The translations under genes and the position numbers were made by a program. Source: Octopus sinensis (lineage: Eukaryota). From it: a stretch of DNA of 64,000 nucleotides. The stretch spans positions 12,338,001 to 12,402,000 of the forward strand of contig NC_043022.1 of assembly GCF_006345805.1 (NCBI RefSeq), read 5' to 3'. Below the pieces are notes generated by a model. That model saw nothing but the letters and a program-made list of their open reading frames with translations, was not told the DNA's origin and did no database searches. Shown here one piece after another: positions 1 through 12,903 of the stretch (position 1 is the first letter of the stretch; each line of letters begins with the position of its first letter).

Positions 1-232
1 TCTGTGTATTTCTGTGATACACAATCCCTATTGATCAGCCCCACTTTTTTTTTTCACGATCCCTTTTGATCCCCCCCTTTTTTTTCTTTTCATGATCCCT
101 TTTGATTGGAATTCGCCCCCCCCCCTTTTTCCCCCTTCTCTTCTTCCCCAAAAGAAAAGCTCTACTTTGTATTTCGTCCTTTCTGTGTTTAGCCCTGCAT
201 GGCCAATAAAGAAATCTATCTCTCCATCTCTC
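1..232 (+). mobile_element. 3' UTR/tail of an L1/Tx1-like non-LTR retrotransposon (starts before the window)
   Basis: Closely similar to 43440-43612 (gatccctattgatc..ccccactttt..cacgatccc..aaagaaaagctctac..ttgt..tctgtgtt.agccct.catgg.caataaagaaa); ends in TCTA-like sequence. Confidence 0.7.
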
Positions 233-400
233 TATAGCTATCGTTATAGGCATGGCTGTGGAGTTAAGAAGCTTGATTTGTAAACCCTGTGACTTCACAT
301 AGCACCATGAACAAGTGCCTTCTACTACTCCAGGTTGACCAATGCTTTGTTAGTGAATTTGGAACATGTAAAATGTGTGGAAGCTAGTCAGCTATACATG
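233..400 (+). mobile_element. Degenerate CORE-type tRNA-derived SINE (family B), 5' part
   Basis: ggcatggctgtggagttaagaagcttg..gcaccatgaacaagtgccttctactac..gaccaatgctttgttagtgaattt matches the intact copies at 37433 and 41855. Confidence 0.6.
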
Positions 401-910
401 TACACACACACATGCACATGTATATATGTGTATGTCTGTATTCACACACACACACACACGTGTGTGTTTGTGTGTATATATATATGCTTAAGCATATCAA
501 AGGGAAATGGAAAATTAATTAAAATTTTCACATCCAATGGCCTAACGTGTAAAAATTTAGTCCCAAAAGACTATGAATTAGTCATAATATATAGTGTACA
601 TTTAAACACATAAGGAATCCACTCGTGGAATTCAACACGTTAGAAAGAACAGCTAGGTTCCATAACCACAAAAATTAGGGATAAAATTCGACAGGAACGA
701 AATGAAAAAATAAAAACATTTTACCATCAAGTTTCCTGGAAACATGTAAAATGTTTCCATGATTATGCCGTTCCAGGTGTGAAAACCAAAGTCCAATGAA
801 TATTAATTACTCTCATAAAAAGCTCCAACTTGCTCATAAACAACAAAACTGGCCCAGGCTGAAATGCGATAAGAAACTTAGCTCTTGATTTAATGAGAAA
901 TTTTTACTAC

Positions 911-939
911 GACCCGGCAACGCCAGGTCATAGTGCTAG
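911..939 (+). mobile_element. Helitron-like 3' terminus
   Basis: GACCCGGCAACGCCAGG hairpin followed about 8 nt later by CTAG|T, the same end as the element at 4136-4527. The 5' end was not located. Confidence 0.5.
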
Positions 940-1506
940 TGTATATATATATATGTGTATATATATATATAACTTCTCTCACACAAATTCATACACACAT
1001 ACACTCACATGCAACATCTCACATTCACTCACTGAATCAGTCACGCCATTCTTTCTCTTTCTTTCCGATTCTCCATTTGTATGGTTTGTAATCCAAGTTA
1101 AATGTTTGCAAACTAATAACAGGCAGATCTATAAAGTTACATGTCAGTTCATATGTGAACAATGCTAAAACAACGTGACATAATTCTGGTTTTATAACAC
1201 TGAAATCAGAATTGGTGACGCAATTTGGTAGTTTGGTTTTCTGTGAGGAGTTAAAGAATCTAACATTTCAGTCATTTTATCTTTTTCCAAAACAGCGAGC
1301 AAGAAAAAGGAGAGAGAGGGAGAGAGATGGGGAGAGAGAGAGAGATAGAATTTATACAGAATGTTAAGAAATGTAGTATGATAGTGAATGAAGACTGTTT
1401 CGTTTCACCTGCTTTAAATGGTTACCATTAAATATAGTTAGATCGTTAAAAAGTTATAAATTTATATGTGCTGAATCAAACAGGAAGCTATGGGATAAAT
1501 TTAAAA

Positions 1507-1507
<1 letters not shown>

Positions 1508-1546
<39 letters not shown>

Positions 1547-1561
1547 ATGTATATATATTTA

Positions 1562-1592
<31 letters not shown>

Positions 1593-1603
1593 ATATATAT
1601 GTA

Positions 1604-1653
<50 letters not shown>

Positions 1654-1713
1654 ATATATACATACATATATGTATATATATATATGTATGTATACATATA
1701 TATATATATATTG

Positions 1714-1744
<31 letters not shown>

Positions 1745-2511
1745 GTATGTATATATACATATATATATATGTATGTATATATACATATATATGTATGTAT
1801 ATATACATATATATGTATGTATGTATATATACATATATATGTATGTATGTATATATACATATATATGTATGTATGTATATATACATATGTATGTATGTAT
1901 GTATATATACATATGTATGTATGTATATATACATATGTATGTATGTATGCATATATACATATGTATGTATGTATGCATATATACATATGTATGTATGTAT
2001 GTATGCATATATACATATGTATGTATGTATGTATGCATATATACATATGTATGTATGCATATATACATATGTATGTATGTATGCATATATACATATGTAT
2101 GTATGTATGCATATATACATATATATGTATGTATGCATATATACATATGTATGTATGTATGTATGTATACATATATGTGTATGTATGTATATATACATAT
2201 ATGTGTATGTATGTATGTATATATGTATGTATGTATATATACATATATATGTATGTTTGTATGTATATATACATATATATGTATGTATGTATATATATAT
2301 ACATATATGTATGTATATATACATATATATGTATGTATGTATATATACATACATATGTATATATGTATGTATGTATGTATGTATATATACATACATATGT
2401 ATATATGTATGTATATATAAATACATATGTATATATGTATATATAGATACATATGTATATATATATGTATGTATACATATATGTATATATATATATATAT
2501 GCATACACATA

Positions 2512-2560
<49 letters not shown>
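1508..2560. repeat. Compound (TA)n/(TG)n/(TATG)n microsatellite with higher-order ~22-30 bp units
   Basis: Repeating blocks such as gtatgtatgtatgcatatatacatat; source of the spurious 285-406 aa ORFs. Confidence 0.95.
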
Positions 2561-2561
<1 letters not shown>

Positions 2562-3766
2562 AAAAAAAACACACACATCCAATCCATATGTGCATATACA
2601 CACACATATAAGAAGTATTGCAAACTACAGATTTTTCCATTTTGTTACTAATATAGGTTTTTGCTATAGTGACAATTGTCAGCTATAAAAGAATAATATA
2701 AATCATTTTAGCTTGGGTGCATTATTCTAAGGTAGTAGAAATGAGTTATTCCCCTTAACAGTACAATGATTCCCAAGAGCTATTTTGAGAAACCAATATA
2801 TAAAAATTTGGTGAAAGATAGGATAGAAGTTAATATACAAAGATAAAGGATCAGTGAAAAATGCATTTATGAATGATAGGAAAAGGAGGAAGAAAAAAGT
2901 ATAAGGAAAGAGGATAAGTCAAAAATAAAAGGAATGAGGAAAAGTGAAACACACATATCCATATATTGTTGTCCTTGTGGGAAATTAGGTAAAAGTGGTA
3001 TGACCTAGTTTCATAACAAATTCCACTTAAAATGTCTACATTTCTCCCAAAATTTCTGAGCATAGTTTTTTAAGTTTACGAGGATGATTCCTTTCTCTGC
3101 AATGCAAAAGTCACATTCTCCTCCTTTTATGGTTTTTCAACTTGGTGGTCTTTCACCAGTCTTCTGTTTGAGGCTATTGTTGAAAGATTTTAGTTTAAAT
3201 GCCAGATGTAGTCAGGAATTTTGTTGCTTTCTTGTTTATGACATGTCTAAAATGAAGAACTGTGGTTGGGGAATCTTTGCTTGAGCTTCTTTTCAGCCAT
3301 GCCTATATATCATAAAAAATTTGATTTTGTTTATAGCATATTGTTTCTGTATCGCAAGAGTTTAGTGGGCATATGTTAGTGTTTCATCACAAGCATGCAA
3401 ACTTAGTTTTATTAAGGGGTTCATGTGACATGCTTTTCAAGCTTGTGGTACAACTTGACTCCACCAGATATTAAGGTATTCTCGATGTAATGGGTTTCCT
3501 TATCAAAGATTTCCTTATTGGGGGACACTTTAGAAATCCTTTCACTGATATTACTGCTGAGTTCTTAAAACATAAAGGTAGGTGACATAATGCTATGTGA
3601 ACAGAAACAAGTTTTTCATGAGGAAAGGCTAACATATAAGGCCTTTCTAAAGTTAAATGTAGAATTAAAAAAAAGATAATGTAAAGTTAATAACCATAGT
3701 TATTTTTAGCTTGAAAATTCTGTGGACAATGTGTCTAATGTGTTCCCACTGGTGCTTTTAGATATA

Positions 3767-3997
3767 TATTTCTTTACTACCCACAAGGGGCTAAACACAG
3801 AGGGAACAAACAAGGACAGACAAACGGATTAAGTTGATTACATCGACCCCAGTATGTAACCGGTACTTAATTTATCGCCCCCGAAAGAATGAAAGGTAAA
3901 GTCGACCTCGGCGGAATTTGAACCCAGAACGTAACGGCAGACGAAATACGGCTATGCATTTCGCCCGGCGTGCTAACGTTTCTGCCAGCTCGCCGCC
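3767..3997 (-). mobile_element. tRNA-derived SINE, family A (Meta-domain-like core), full length
   Basis: Head ggcggcgagctggcagaaacgttagc, B-box-like gttcaaattcc, core gtcgactttacctttcattctttcgggg, tail ccccttgtgggtagtaaagaaata. 10-bp TSD TTTAGATATA at 3757-3766 and 3998-4007. Confidence 0.9.
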
Positions 3998-4135
3998 TTT
4001 AGATATAGCTAACCCACTATTTCTGTAAAAGGCAAAATCTACTGATGTAAATTTTTCACTAAGAACATCTAAAATGTGTAATCATAAACAGCATAAACAG
4101 TTGCAAACCTCAGCATTGTCATACGACCCTGTACA

Positions 4136-4527
4136 TCTCTCTATATATAAACGGCAGTTTGTGTGTCTGTCAGGTTGTACCCTCACCCTGACCACGGCTT
4201 TCAACCGATTCTGATGAAACTTGACACACACATAGCCCAATGTCATAATTCAAAACTAACGCAGCGAAAATTTTGAAAAGTTCCCCCAGTTTTGAAAAAA
4301 ATCGATAAATTCGACATGGGGTTGAGAATCTAAGCTTTTTATATGCAACACATTTTCTGTCGGGAGACAGCTAGGAACATCGTATACATAGAAGTGTTCG
4401 AGTGAAGAGAAGACGTTGCAACCTACACATGCGCCTTCGTTCCCTAGAGGGAAAGAACTAGATTGGGATTAGTTGTTGCCTACTAGGGGCTCTTACATAC
4501 CCGGGCAACGCCGGGCTATGCTGCTAG
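4136..4527 (+). mobile_element. Non-autonomous Helitron
   Basis: 5' TCTCTCTATATATAAAC, 3' GC-rich hairpin CCCGGGCAACGCCGGG (4500-4515) and then CTAG. Inserted between A and T with no TSD. Confidence 0.8.
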
Positions 4528-5289
4528 TACTTTAATAAAAAGCTCCAACCTGGACAGATTTCTTCATTTAGGTGAAAGCATTATCAAATCAGTAAGGTTC
4601 GCTAGTATGAATTAATTATGATCTCTGTATCTTTGTTATCAATGTAATTATGGTTCTTTATGACTTCTAGGGCAGTGGATAATGGGCATTTAAAGATTAT
4701 CTCTTTTGTTAATCTTTAAATCTGCCTGAGACTGTCTTTGGTTCTATGACAAAAACCTCCTAAACTGATCTAAATTTAAAATCTTCAATTTAGTTTTCAT
4801 GTTAATTAATGTTCCAAACACCAACCTAATAACGATAAAATTAATTTACTAAATTTTTCAATATTTTCAAAATCAACTGCAACAGAGTTTGTGTATTTCT
4901 GTAGAAGTTTCATATCAAAAGAGTTAAAAGGTAAAATTCAACAACACCAAATTGAATGAATCTGGAGAAATATTTAATTTTTAAATCTCATTCAATAATA
5001 TAAATATTGGGAGGATAAAAGACTTTTTCAGGCAGTTGTCCCATGGCAATAAAAACTATTAGCAACCACAATGGAAAGTCTATAGTTTGTATTACTTTAT
5101 AGAGACACAGTATTTTATGCTTCTGTATTCAGGGCTGTGTACTTTTTGATACTCTAATCAATCTTTATACGATACACACACAAACACAACAGCCATAAAC
5201 ATTTCAGTCATACACATAATTATATACAACTCCTATACATTGACAAACTATTTATGCAATATATATATATAAACATTTATTTGTACATT

Positions 5290-5576
<287 letters not shown>

Positions 5577-5779
5577 ATGCACACCAACACACATGCTTAT
5601 ACAAATACACATGTATATATACAGTAAGTGTGTATATGATCAATCATGTGACAGTCATAAAATTATTATTATATTTCATCCATTGTTCAAGCTAGGAATT
5701 TCATGTCTTCTCTGTCAACTTTTATGACACAGAAACCGGATAACAGTCAGAGGTAGAGTTGCTATGTTGGTTGTGGTCA

Positions 5780-5782
5780 TGG

Positions 5783-5819
<37 letters not shown>

Positions 5820-6026
5820 ACTGTTGTTGTTGTGGTGGTGGTGGTGGTGGTATTGGTTGCAGTGATATTGGTTGTGTGCATTATGGTAATGTTGTTTTTG
5901 GTCTATGTTGGTGTATGTGGATGGTTTTGGTTGTAGCAGTGGTGGTGTTCTGTAGGTTGCAGTTGTAGTAGTGTCGATAGTGGTGGTGTTGTTGTTGGTT
6001 GTGAGAGGTAGTAGTGTTATGGGTGG

Positions 6027-6063
<37 letters not shown>

Positions 6064-6265
6064 ACTGTTGTTGTTGTGGTGGTGGTGGTGGTGGTATTGG
6101 TTGCAGTGATATTGGTTGTGTGCATTATGGTAATGTTGTTTTTGGTCTTATGTTGGTGTATGTGGATGGTTTTGGTTGTAGCAGTGGTGGTGTTCTGTAG
6201 GTTGCAGTTGTAGTAGTGTCGATAGTGGTGGTGTTGTTGTTGGTTGTGAGAGGTAGTAGTGTTAG
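5780..6265. repeat. Tandem duplication (~245 bp unit) of a GTT/GTG-rich low-complexity block
   Basis: gttactgttgttgttgtggtggtggtggtggtggtattggttgcagtgatattgg...gagaggtagtagtgtta occurs at about 5816-6020 and about 6061-6264. Confidence 0.9.
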
Positions 6266-6409
6266 GGGTGGTGTTGGTTGTTGTATTGTTTGCCTTGTGA
6301 TAATGGTGATATAAGTTGTGTTGGTGGTGATGGTTATGTTGAAGATAACAGATGAGTTGTTACTCTATAGCTTCATCAGCTTGACAGTTTGAAGGGTTGT
6401 TATTTAACC

Positions 6410-6900
6410 AGTGATGTTAGGGAAGAAGTCGATGTATCTAAATTATTTAGTGGCTCTCATGTCTTTTAATCTTAACTAATTGGAATTGGAATTGTTTTGT
6501 CTTGGTGTAAGAGAAGGGTTACACCAAATATTCTGCTCAATATGCTTGACCATAACCAGTTGAGCATGTCCCTTAGTGGCATGTCCCTTAGTGTCATGTC
6601 CCTTAGTGGCATGTCTCTTAGTGGCATGTCTCTTAGTGGCATGTCCCTGGTACTGCCCTGATGCAGTTCCAGGCAGTGGCTCTCATGGCTTCTGATCTTA
6701 ACTGATTGGAAGTGTTATCATGTCTTGGTATAAAAGATGGCCTACAGCAAATATTCTGCTCAATACCACAGATTTGCTTGTCTGTTGTTTGACCTTAACC
6801 AGTTAAGGATGTCCCTTGGTGGCTGATGATATGTGCATCTCTGATCATGAGCAGAAATAGTGGGGGAGCATCATAGCCATGTGTTAAGAGGAATTCTTTG
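6410..6900 (+). repeat. Two tandem partial copies of an interspersed repeat, with a 15-bp minisatellite (CATGTCCCTTAGTGG x5) at 6565-6647
   Basis: gtggctctcatg..tcttaact.attgga..caaatattctgctcaata..aaccagtt.ag.atgtccctt.gtggc is present twice. Confidence 0.7.
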
Positions 6901-7019
6901 GGGTTTGGATAATTCATCTCTGGAAACATGGGTGTTTCGTTCAACATCCTTGTCAAATGACAAGGCTCAACCCACAGAGCCATCTTCTCAGTTATCCTGC
7001 ATTGAGAGAAACATTCCTG

Positions 7020-7397
7020 CATTTACCTCTTTTACCTTTCACCTTCTACTTGTTTCGGTCATTAGACTGTGGCCATGCTGGGGCACCACCTTGAAAGGTT
7101 TAGTCAAACAAATCAACCCCAATACTTTCTTTTGAAAGACCAGTACTTATTCAGTTGGTCTCCTTTTTGCTGAACCACTTAATTATGGGGGATGTAAAGA
7201 AACCAACACCGGTTGTCAAGCAGGGGTGGGGGACACACACACATACACATGCATTATCTGACGTGCTGTTTATAGTTAGTCTACTAAATCCGCTCACAAG
7301 GCTTTTTGTTGACCTGGGCTTGTAGGAGAAGACACTTGCCCAAGAAGCCACGCAATGGGTCTGAACCTAAAACCATGTGGTTGGGAAGCAAACTTCT
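7020..7397 (-). mobile_element. CORE-type SINE family B (degenerate)
   Basis: Reverse complement of the family B consensus (gacacttgcccaag, actaaatccgctcacaaggc, gtggccatgctggggcacc). Confidence 0.8.
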
Positions 7398-7630
7398 TAT
7401 TTCTTTATTGCCCACAAGGGGCGAAACACAGAGGGGACAAACAAGAACGGACAAAGGGATTAAGTCAATTACATCAACCCCAGTGCATAACTGGTACTTA
7501 ATTTATTGACCCCGAAAGGATGAAAGGCAAAGTTGACCTCGGCAGAATTTGAACTCAGAACGTAACGGCAGACAAAATACCACTAAGCATTTTGCCCGGC
7601 ATGCTAACGTTTCTGCCAGCTTGCCACCTT
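7398..7630 (-). mobile_element. SINE family A inserted into the head of the family B SINE
   Basis: Full-length copy with TSD GGGAAGCAAACTTCTT on both sides. Confidence 0.85.
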
Positions 7631-7751
7631 GGGGAAGCAAACTTCTTATCACACAGCTACATTTGCATGTTGAACGTTTATCATTCACCAAGCATTCCAG
7701 CCATGATTACCCCACCTTATTTTCTAACATATTATCTTGTATATAAATATT

Positions 7752-7886
7752 CTTTTCTACTCTAGGCACAAGGCCTGAAATTTTGAGGGAGGCGGGGGCC
7801 AGGTGATTAGATCAACCCCAGTATGCAACTGGTACTTAATTTATCGACCCCCGAAAGGATGAAAGGCAAAGTCGACCTCGGCGGAC
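7752..7886 (-). mobile_element. SINE family A, 5'-truncated, alternative tail subfamily
   Basis: tctactctaggcacaaggcctgaaatttt..ggtacttaatttatcgaccccgaaaggatgaaaggcaaagtcgacctcggcgg. Confidence 0.8.
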
Positions 7887-8469
7887 CTGTATATAAATAG
7901 TAAATTATTTCAAAGTCTGTAGGCATAGTATTTGATTGGGGAAGATATGGCTGCAGTGTTTTGCAGGTCCAACGACCACGTGGTGGCTTTGTCACTTGCT
8001 CAGTATATTTTAAATTGGTGCAGTATGGTATGTGTTTGGTGTGGGTTGGCCCAGGATGTAAAGTGAGTTCGGTTGTTATGTTACAGTGTCACCTCTTTCA
8101 CTAACCTGTGCTGCTGCTCCTGCTGCTACTACTACTACTACTACTACTACTACACTACTTTATTGTATTCTGAAGAAATAAAAGCGATTCCATTTGCAAC
8201 AAGATCCATTCATTGATTCACTGGAAAACCGTAACAAAACCGAACAAAGCCCACATTCAAAATAATAATGATGATGATGATGAGGATGACAATGGTGATG
8301 ATGGTGATGATAATAATAATAACAACAACAACAGCAACAATGGGATAATGGAATAGAAGTGGAATAATATAATAGAAGTGGAGTAATAGAATTGAATTGT
8401 TGTAGGAAAGATGACAAGGATGGAGGGAGCAGATAAGAAAGGGTAAGTGGTGGGAGTGTGTGAAAGAAG

Positions 8470-8528
8470 TTAAAGGATGAGACAGACAAAGTCTCTACTT
8501 TTTAAATTCTCCAGTTCTTCTTCTTCTT
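8470..8528 (-). CDS. Candidate terminal coding exon ending in a CaaX motif (xEEEELENLKSRDFVCLIL*)
   Basis: A T12 tract directly followed by CAG (acceptor) precedes a phase-1 frame reading acidic helix + CLIL + TAA. No homology was recognised and no canonical AATAAA was found nearby. Confidence 0.33.
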
Positions 8529-8900
8529 CTGAAAAAAAAAAAACCGACAAAAAACAAAACAAAATAAAACAAAAACATTTTACAAGAATTTTGTTTGTGT
8601 CTTTTGTTATTTTTTTTTTTTTTGTGGAAATTATTGGAATTTAATCACTTTCTCCCATTGTAGGATTTAGCACTGTCAATGTTGTTGTTGTTGATGTGGC
8701 TGATGTTGTGGGTGTTGTTATTGCTTTTGTCACTGTTTCTCTTGTTACTGTTGCTGTAGATACTGTTACTGTGGTTACTTTTGTTGTTGTTGTTGTTGTT
8801 ACTATATTATTATTGTTGTTGTTGTTGCTGTTATTATTGTGGTTGTTGTTGTTATTTTTATTGTTGTCACTACTCTTTCCCTCTCTCTCCATCTGTTACA

Positions 8901-8946
<46 letters not shown>

Positions 8947-9162
8947 CCATTTGGTAAGTTGGCACCAAGAAATAAATAATGTCTTGCAAGTTTCCGTGTC
9001 AATCTTCTTCTTACAAAGTTCGAATCTGAGCAAAAACAGTGAGTGGGTATCCGACTTTTGTCAAGCATCTTAACCCAACAAATCCATGCACAGTAACATA
9101 CACATTAGGTCTCTCTCATGAACACACATTATTGCTTTATCTATCTATCTATCTATCTGTCT

Positions 9163-9225
9163 AAAAGCTCTACCTTGTAATTTGTCCCGTCTGTGTGCAG
9201 CCCTGTGTGGCTAATAAAGAAACAT
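9163..9225 (+). mobile_element. Short 5'-truncated L1/Tx1-like LINE tail embedded in (TCTA)n
   Basis: aaaagctctaccttgtaatttgtcccgtctgtgtgcagccctgtgtggctaataaagaaa; (CTAT)n at 9138-9162 and 9226-9535. Confidence 0.75.
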
Positions 9226-9253
9226 ATCTATTTATCTATCTATCTGTCTATCA

Positions 9254-9318
<65 letters not shown>

Positions 9319-9450
9319 CCTATCTATCCATCCATCCATCTATTTATCTATCTATCTGTCTTTCTGTCTGTCTATCTACCTATTTATCTATCTATCTATC
9401 TATCCATCTATCTATTTATCTATCTATCTATCCATCTATCTACCTATCTA

Positions 9451-9494
<44 letters not shown>

Positions 9495-9535
9495 TCTACC
9501 TGTCTGTCTGTCTATCTATCTGTCTGTCTACCTAA
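9226..9535. repeat. (TCTA)n/(TCTG)n (GATA-type) microsatellite
   Basis: Direct inspection. Confidence 0.95.
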
Positions 9536-10547
9536 TATATAAATGTGTGTGTGTATGTGTGTGTGTATGCATACCAAGCTACCAACATACCTGTGTATCT
9601 AGTTATCTATCTATCATATCTTTCTGTCTGTTTGTCTGTCTATCTACATGTACACACCCACGCAGACACACTCACACACACACACAAACAAACAAACACG
9701 CACACATATTCAAACACAAACATCCACACACAGAGACATACATGTACATGGTATCTGTTAAAGTACACGACACATAATCATTGAGTTAGAACTCCTTCTG
9801 CTCCATTACACTCCAAGAAAGAAGCCTATGAAGAGGATTCATGTTATCATAGTGAAATATCATGTTATAGCAGCTCTTGCTAGCTTCAGTGGTTACAGAA
9901 CGTGGACAGATATAGCAAATAATTTCAAACTATATTCTCCAGTCTTAGGTTATGCATGTATTATATGTATTGATCTATCTATACACCTACCTACATACCT
10001 ACCTATCTATCTACCTACTTATCTAACTGTCTGTCTGTCTTTCGGTCTGACTATCTGTCTGTCTTTTTCTTTTTTTTTATCTGAATCTGATTTTGCCCCA
10101 AACAAGGCTTGAGGTCAGCATAATGTATGGGATAACAAAGAAGGAGAAGAATGGGCCTACAACTTCAAAAGATGTCGATTGACAGAAAGCTTAAAAAGAC
10201 TGAGTATTATAGACCAGAGGAGAACTAGGAGATGGTAGTGTGTTCCAGAGAGCAGCAGTTTAAGGAAAATTATTGGAATAAAAGGACTTGTGACTAACAA
10301 GTAGTTCAGTATAGAAGTTAATGTGCCGAGGAAGACAGGTGATTCATGTAAAAGTTTTGACAGTGAGTGCCAGACCAGAAAGTTCATTAGAGCAATGACC
10401 ATGGAAATAGTTATAGGGGAAAAGGCACAACAAAGATACATATTACAATGAGACCAAAGATGACAGCAATATTTAATGCAAGGTTGAATGGTGCTCTTTA
10501 GAGATACAAGATGCCCTCAGGCTTAATAAATTTAAAATTTGCAAGCA

Positions 10548-10726
10548 TAGGTGCAAGAGTGGCTATGTGGTAAGTAGCTTGTTTACCAACCACATGGTTC
10601 CGGGTTCAGTCCCACTGCATGGCACTTTGGGCAAGTGTCTTCTACTATAGCCTCGGGCTGACCAAAGCCATGTGAGTGGATTTGGTAGAGACGGAAACTG
10701 AAAGCAGCCCGTCGTATATATGTATG

Positions 10727-10763
<37 letters not shown>

Positions 10764-11270
10764 ATGTGGTTGTGTGGTAAGTAGCTTGCTTACGAACCAC
10801 ATGGTTTCGGGTTCAGTCCCACTGCGTGGCACCTTGGGCAAGTGTCTTCTACTATAGCCTCGGGCCGACCAAAGCCTTGTGAGTGGATTTGGTAGAGACG
10901 GAAACTGAAAGAAGCCTGTCGTATATATGTATATATATATATATAGTGTGTGTGTGTGTGTGTGTGTATGTGGTTGTGTGGTAAGTAGCTTGCTTACGAA
11001 CCACATGGTTTCGGGTTCAGTCCCACTGCGTGGCACCTTGGGCAAGTGTCTTCTACTATAGCCTCGGGCCGACCAAAGCCTTGTGAGTGGATTTGGTAGA
11101 GACGGAAACTGAAAGAAGCCTGTCGTATATATGTATATATATATATATGTGTGTGTGTGTATATGTTTGTGTGTCTGTGTTTGTCCCCACAACAACATCG
11201 CTTGACAACTGATGCTGGTGTGTTTACGTCCCCGTAACTTAGCAGTTCGGCAAAAGAACCACTTGGCCAT
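10548..11270 (+). mobile_element. Three tandem CORE-type SINE (family B) heads, each followed by (TA)n(TG)n
   Basis: gtggtaagtagcttg..ggttcagtcccactgc.tggcaccttgggcaagtgtcttctactatagcctcggg repeated at about 10560, 10770 and 10975; the last two are near-identical. Confidence 0.9.
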
Positions 11271-11399
11271 TGTGCCTCCACCTAAGTAGATATACCCATC
11301 CATTAATTTTTTCTGCCCATTCTTTTGGTGTGGGAGAGCATGGTGATAGAGCCCTCAGGCATCTCCTCCAAAGAGTTTTGTCAGTAGCAACTATCATTA

Positions 11400-11760
11400 T
11401 ACTTTCTGTCTGGATTCCAAAGCATGGCTAATTGAGACTATTGGTACTATTCAACCATCTTGTTCTTGGTCTATGTTTGAATTCCTTTCTAGTTGGTTTG
11501 GCTTGAAGAATCCGTTTTGTGAACCTTTCCTTTGACATCCTAATAACATGTCAGGAGTACAAGAGCTGTAACCTCCCAATGCAGAGCAATAGTGCCTCAA
11601 CCTGGAGATACTCCCTGATCTCTGAGCTATCTTCCCATCACGTAACATTACTCCAGGGATATCCCCTGGAAGGAACAACAAGTGGACATATTGCAAACAA
11701 AATAACTAATAGCTTTGTGAGCGTTCCTTCCATATTGATTCAACAGAGCGCTGTGCTGTT
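11400..11760 (-). pseudogene. RTE-clade LINE 3' ORF remnant
   Basis: The minus frame resembles the RTE C-terminal region (..RLRHYCSALG..LLGCQRKG..). Highly decayed. Confidence 0.45.
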
Positions 11761-12334
11761 TGATCATGTTTAAGCAAAGGATATTCATGGTAAGAATTTT
11801 GTAGAATGGCAATGACAATACACCATTCTAAGTAGTTGTTGTCAGTGTCTGGTAATTTATACACAAACATACACCATACACTTACACCAACATACACACT
11901 CACACACTACACTAAGACAATTCTTACACAGACACTCATACTTTATACATATGTATACATGCTGTGGCACATTGGAGAATACACAAATACATTGGTTGTA
12001 CACTTCATTTGGAATGCTAATAAAAACAAATAAAAAGATCTTTCAGAGTTAAACATTTAGAAAATAATATAGAAAGCTATTGCTTACCTTGCTTCATTAA
12101 TCAAACTTATGTGTATCTATGGCAAACATTACGAATAGCTTGCTTTTAAACTGTGGATTTTCCAAAGCCTTAAAATTGCATTATTTAAAAAATTCTCAGC
12201 ACATCTAGATATACCCCTTGCTGTGCACCAGTTGAAAGGCTGCTGATATAAATAGCTGTGCATGCACATGCAGACATAGATATGCACTTGCATCCACACA
12301 TTTATTTGCATGTGCACACACACACACACACACA

Positions 12335-12394
<60 letters not shown>

Positions 12395-12903
12395 ATTCAT
12401 ATAATCTTATGTAAACAGACATTCCATGTTTGAATAATATTTTTGGGTTGAATAAAGATCCTGTTGCATGTAGGAAGAAGGGTAAATAGAGGGATGGGAT
12501 GTTCAATAAAGGAAGGTAAAATAATAGAGGGAGAGAAATAGAGAGAGAGGTGTTCGGGAGAGTGGGTATGGGAGATGTAAGGGCTGAATCATGATGGTGA
12601 TGGGGTGTCGTAGGGTGTTGAAAGGTGGGAGAAAGTGTGGTGACTGAGACAGAGGTTAGTCACCATGAATTGAATTAATAACCAGATCACCGTCAACAAC
12701 AATATCAACCAAAGCAATATTACATAAACAACATCAACAGTTACAACAACAACATCAGCAACAACAACACCCGTTATCATATTCACTAGCAAAATAAATG
12801 ATGTGGGATTTGTCAGTGAAAGATGGTGATGACAGACTTCCTGGAGATGTCATGTTAGGTAAAGGTTGCAATTATTCAACAACATGTTGTCAGGTTGGGA
12901 TGG

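Larger units (their letters stand above)
3061..4620 (-). pseudogene. Decayed Penelope-like element ORF (RT + GIY-YIG endonuclease), interrupted by a SINE and a Helitron
   Basis: Hand translation of the minus strand gives GSYDNAEVC (4101-4129; cf. the PLE RT motif GSYDGAEVC), GLAISK..SG..LD, SNISERISKVSPNKEIF, YIGMAEKKLKQRFPNHSSSFRH (GIY-YIG) and CDFCIAEK. There are many stops and frameshifts. Confidence 0.8.

Noticed and set aside
1468-2688. 406-aa ORF and overlapping 285-354 aa ORFs, plus similar ORFs at 5.3, 29, 35-37, 44, 50, 55, 57 and 61-63 kb
   Set aside because: These are stop-free frames through TA/TG/CA microsatellites (Y/I/C/V/M/H/T repeats) that are open on both strands; they are not genes.
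8663-8953. Plus-strand acceptor (8662) and donor (GTAAGT at 8954) pair
   Set aside because: The enclosed sequence is trinucleotide and GA repeat with no credible coding frame. A non-coding exon cannot be excluded.
12088-12120. Strong minus-strand donor AAG|GTAAGC (and a similar one near 18034)
   Set aside because: All frames close within about 30-40 nt upstream, and isolated splice-like motifs are expected by chance.
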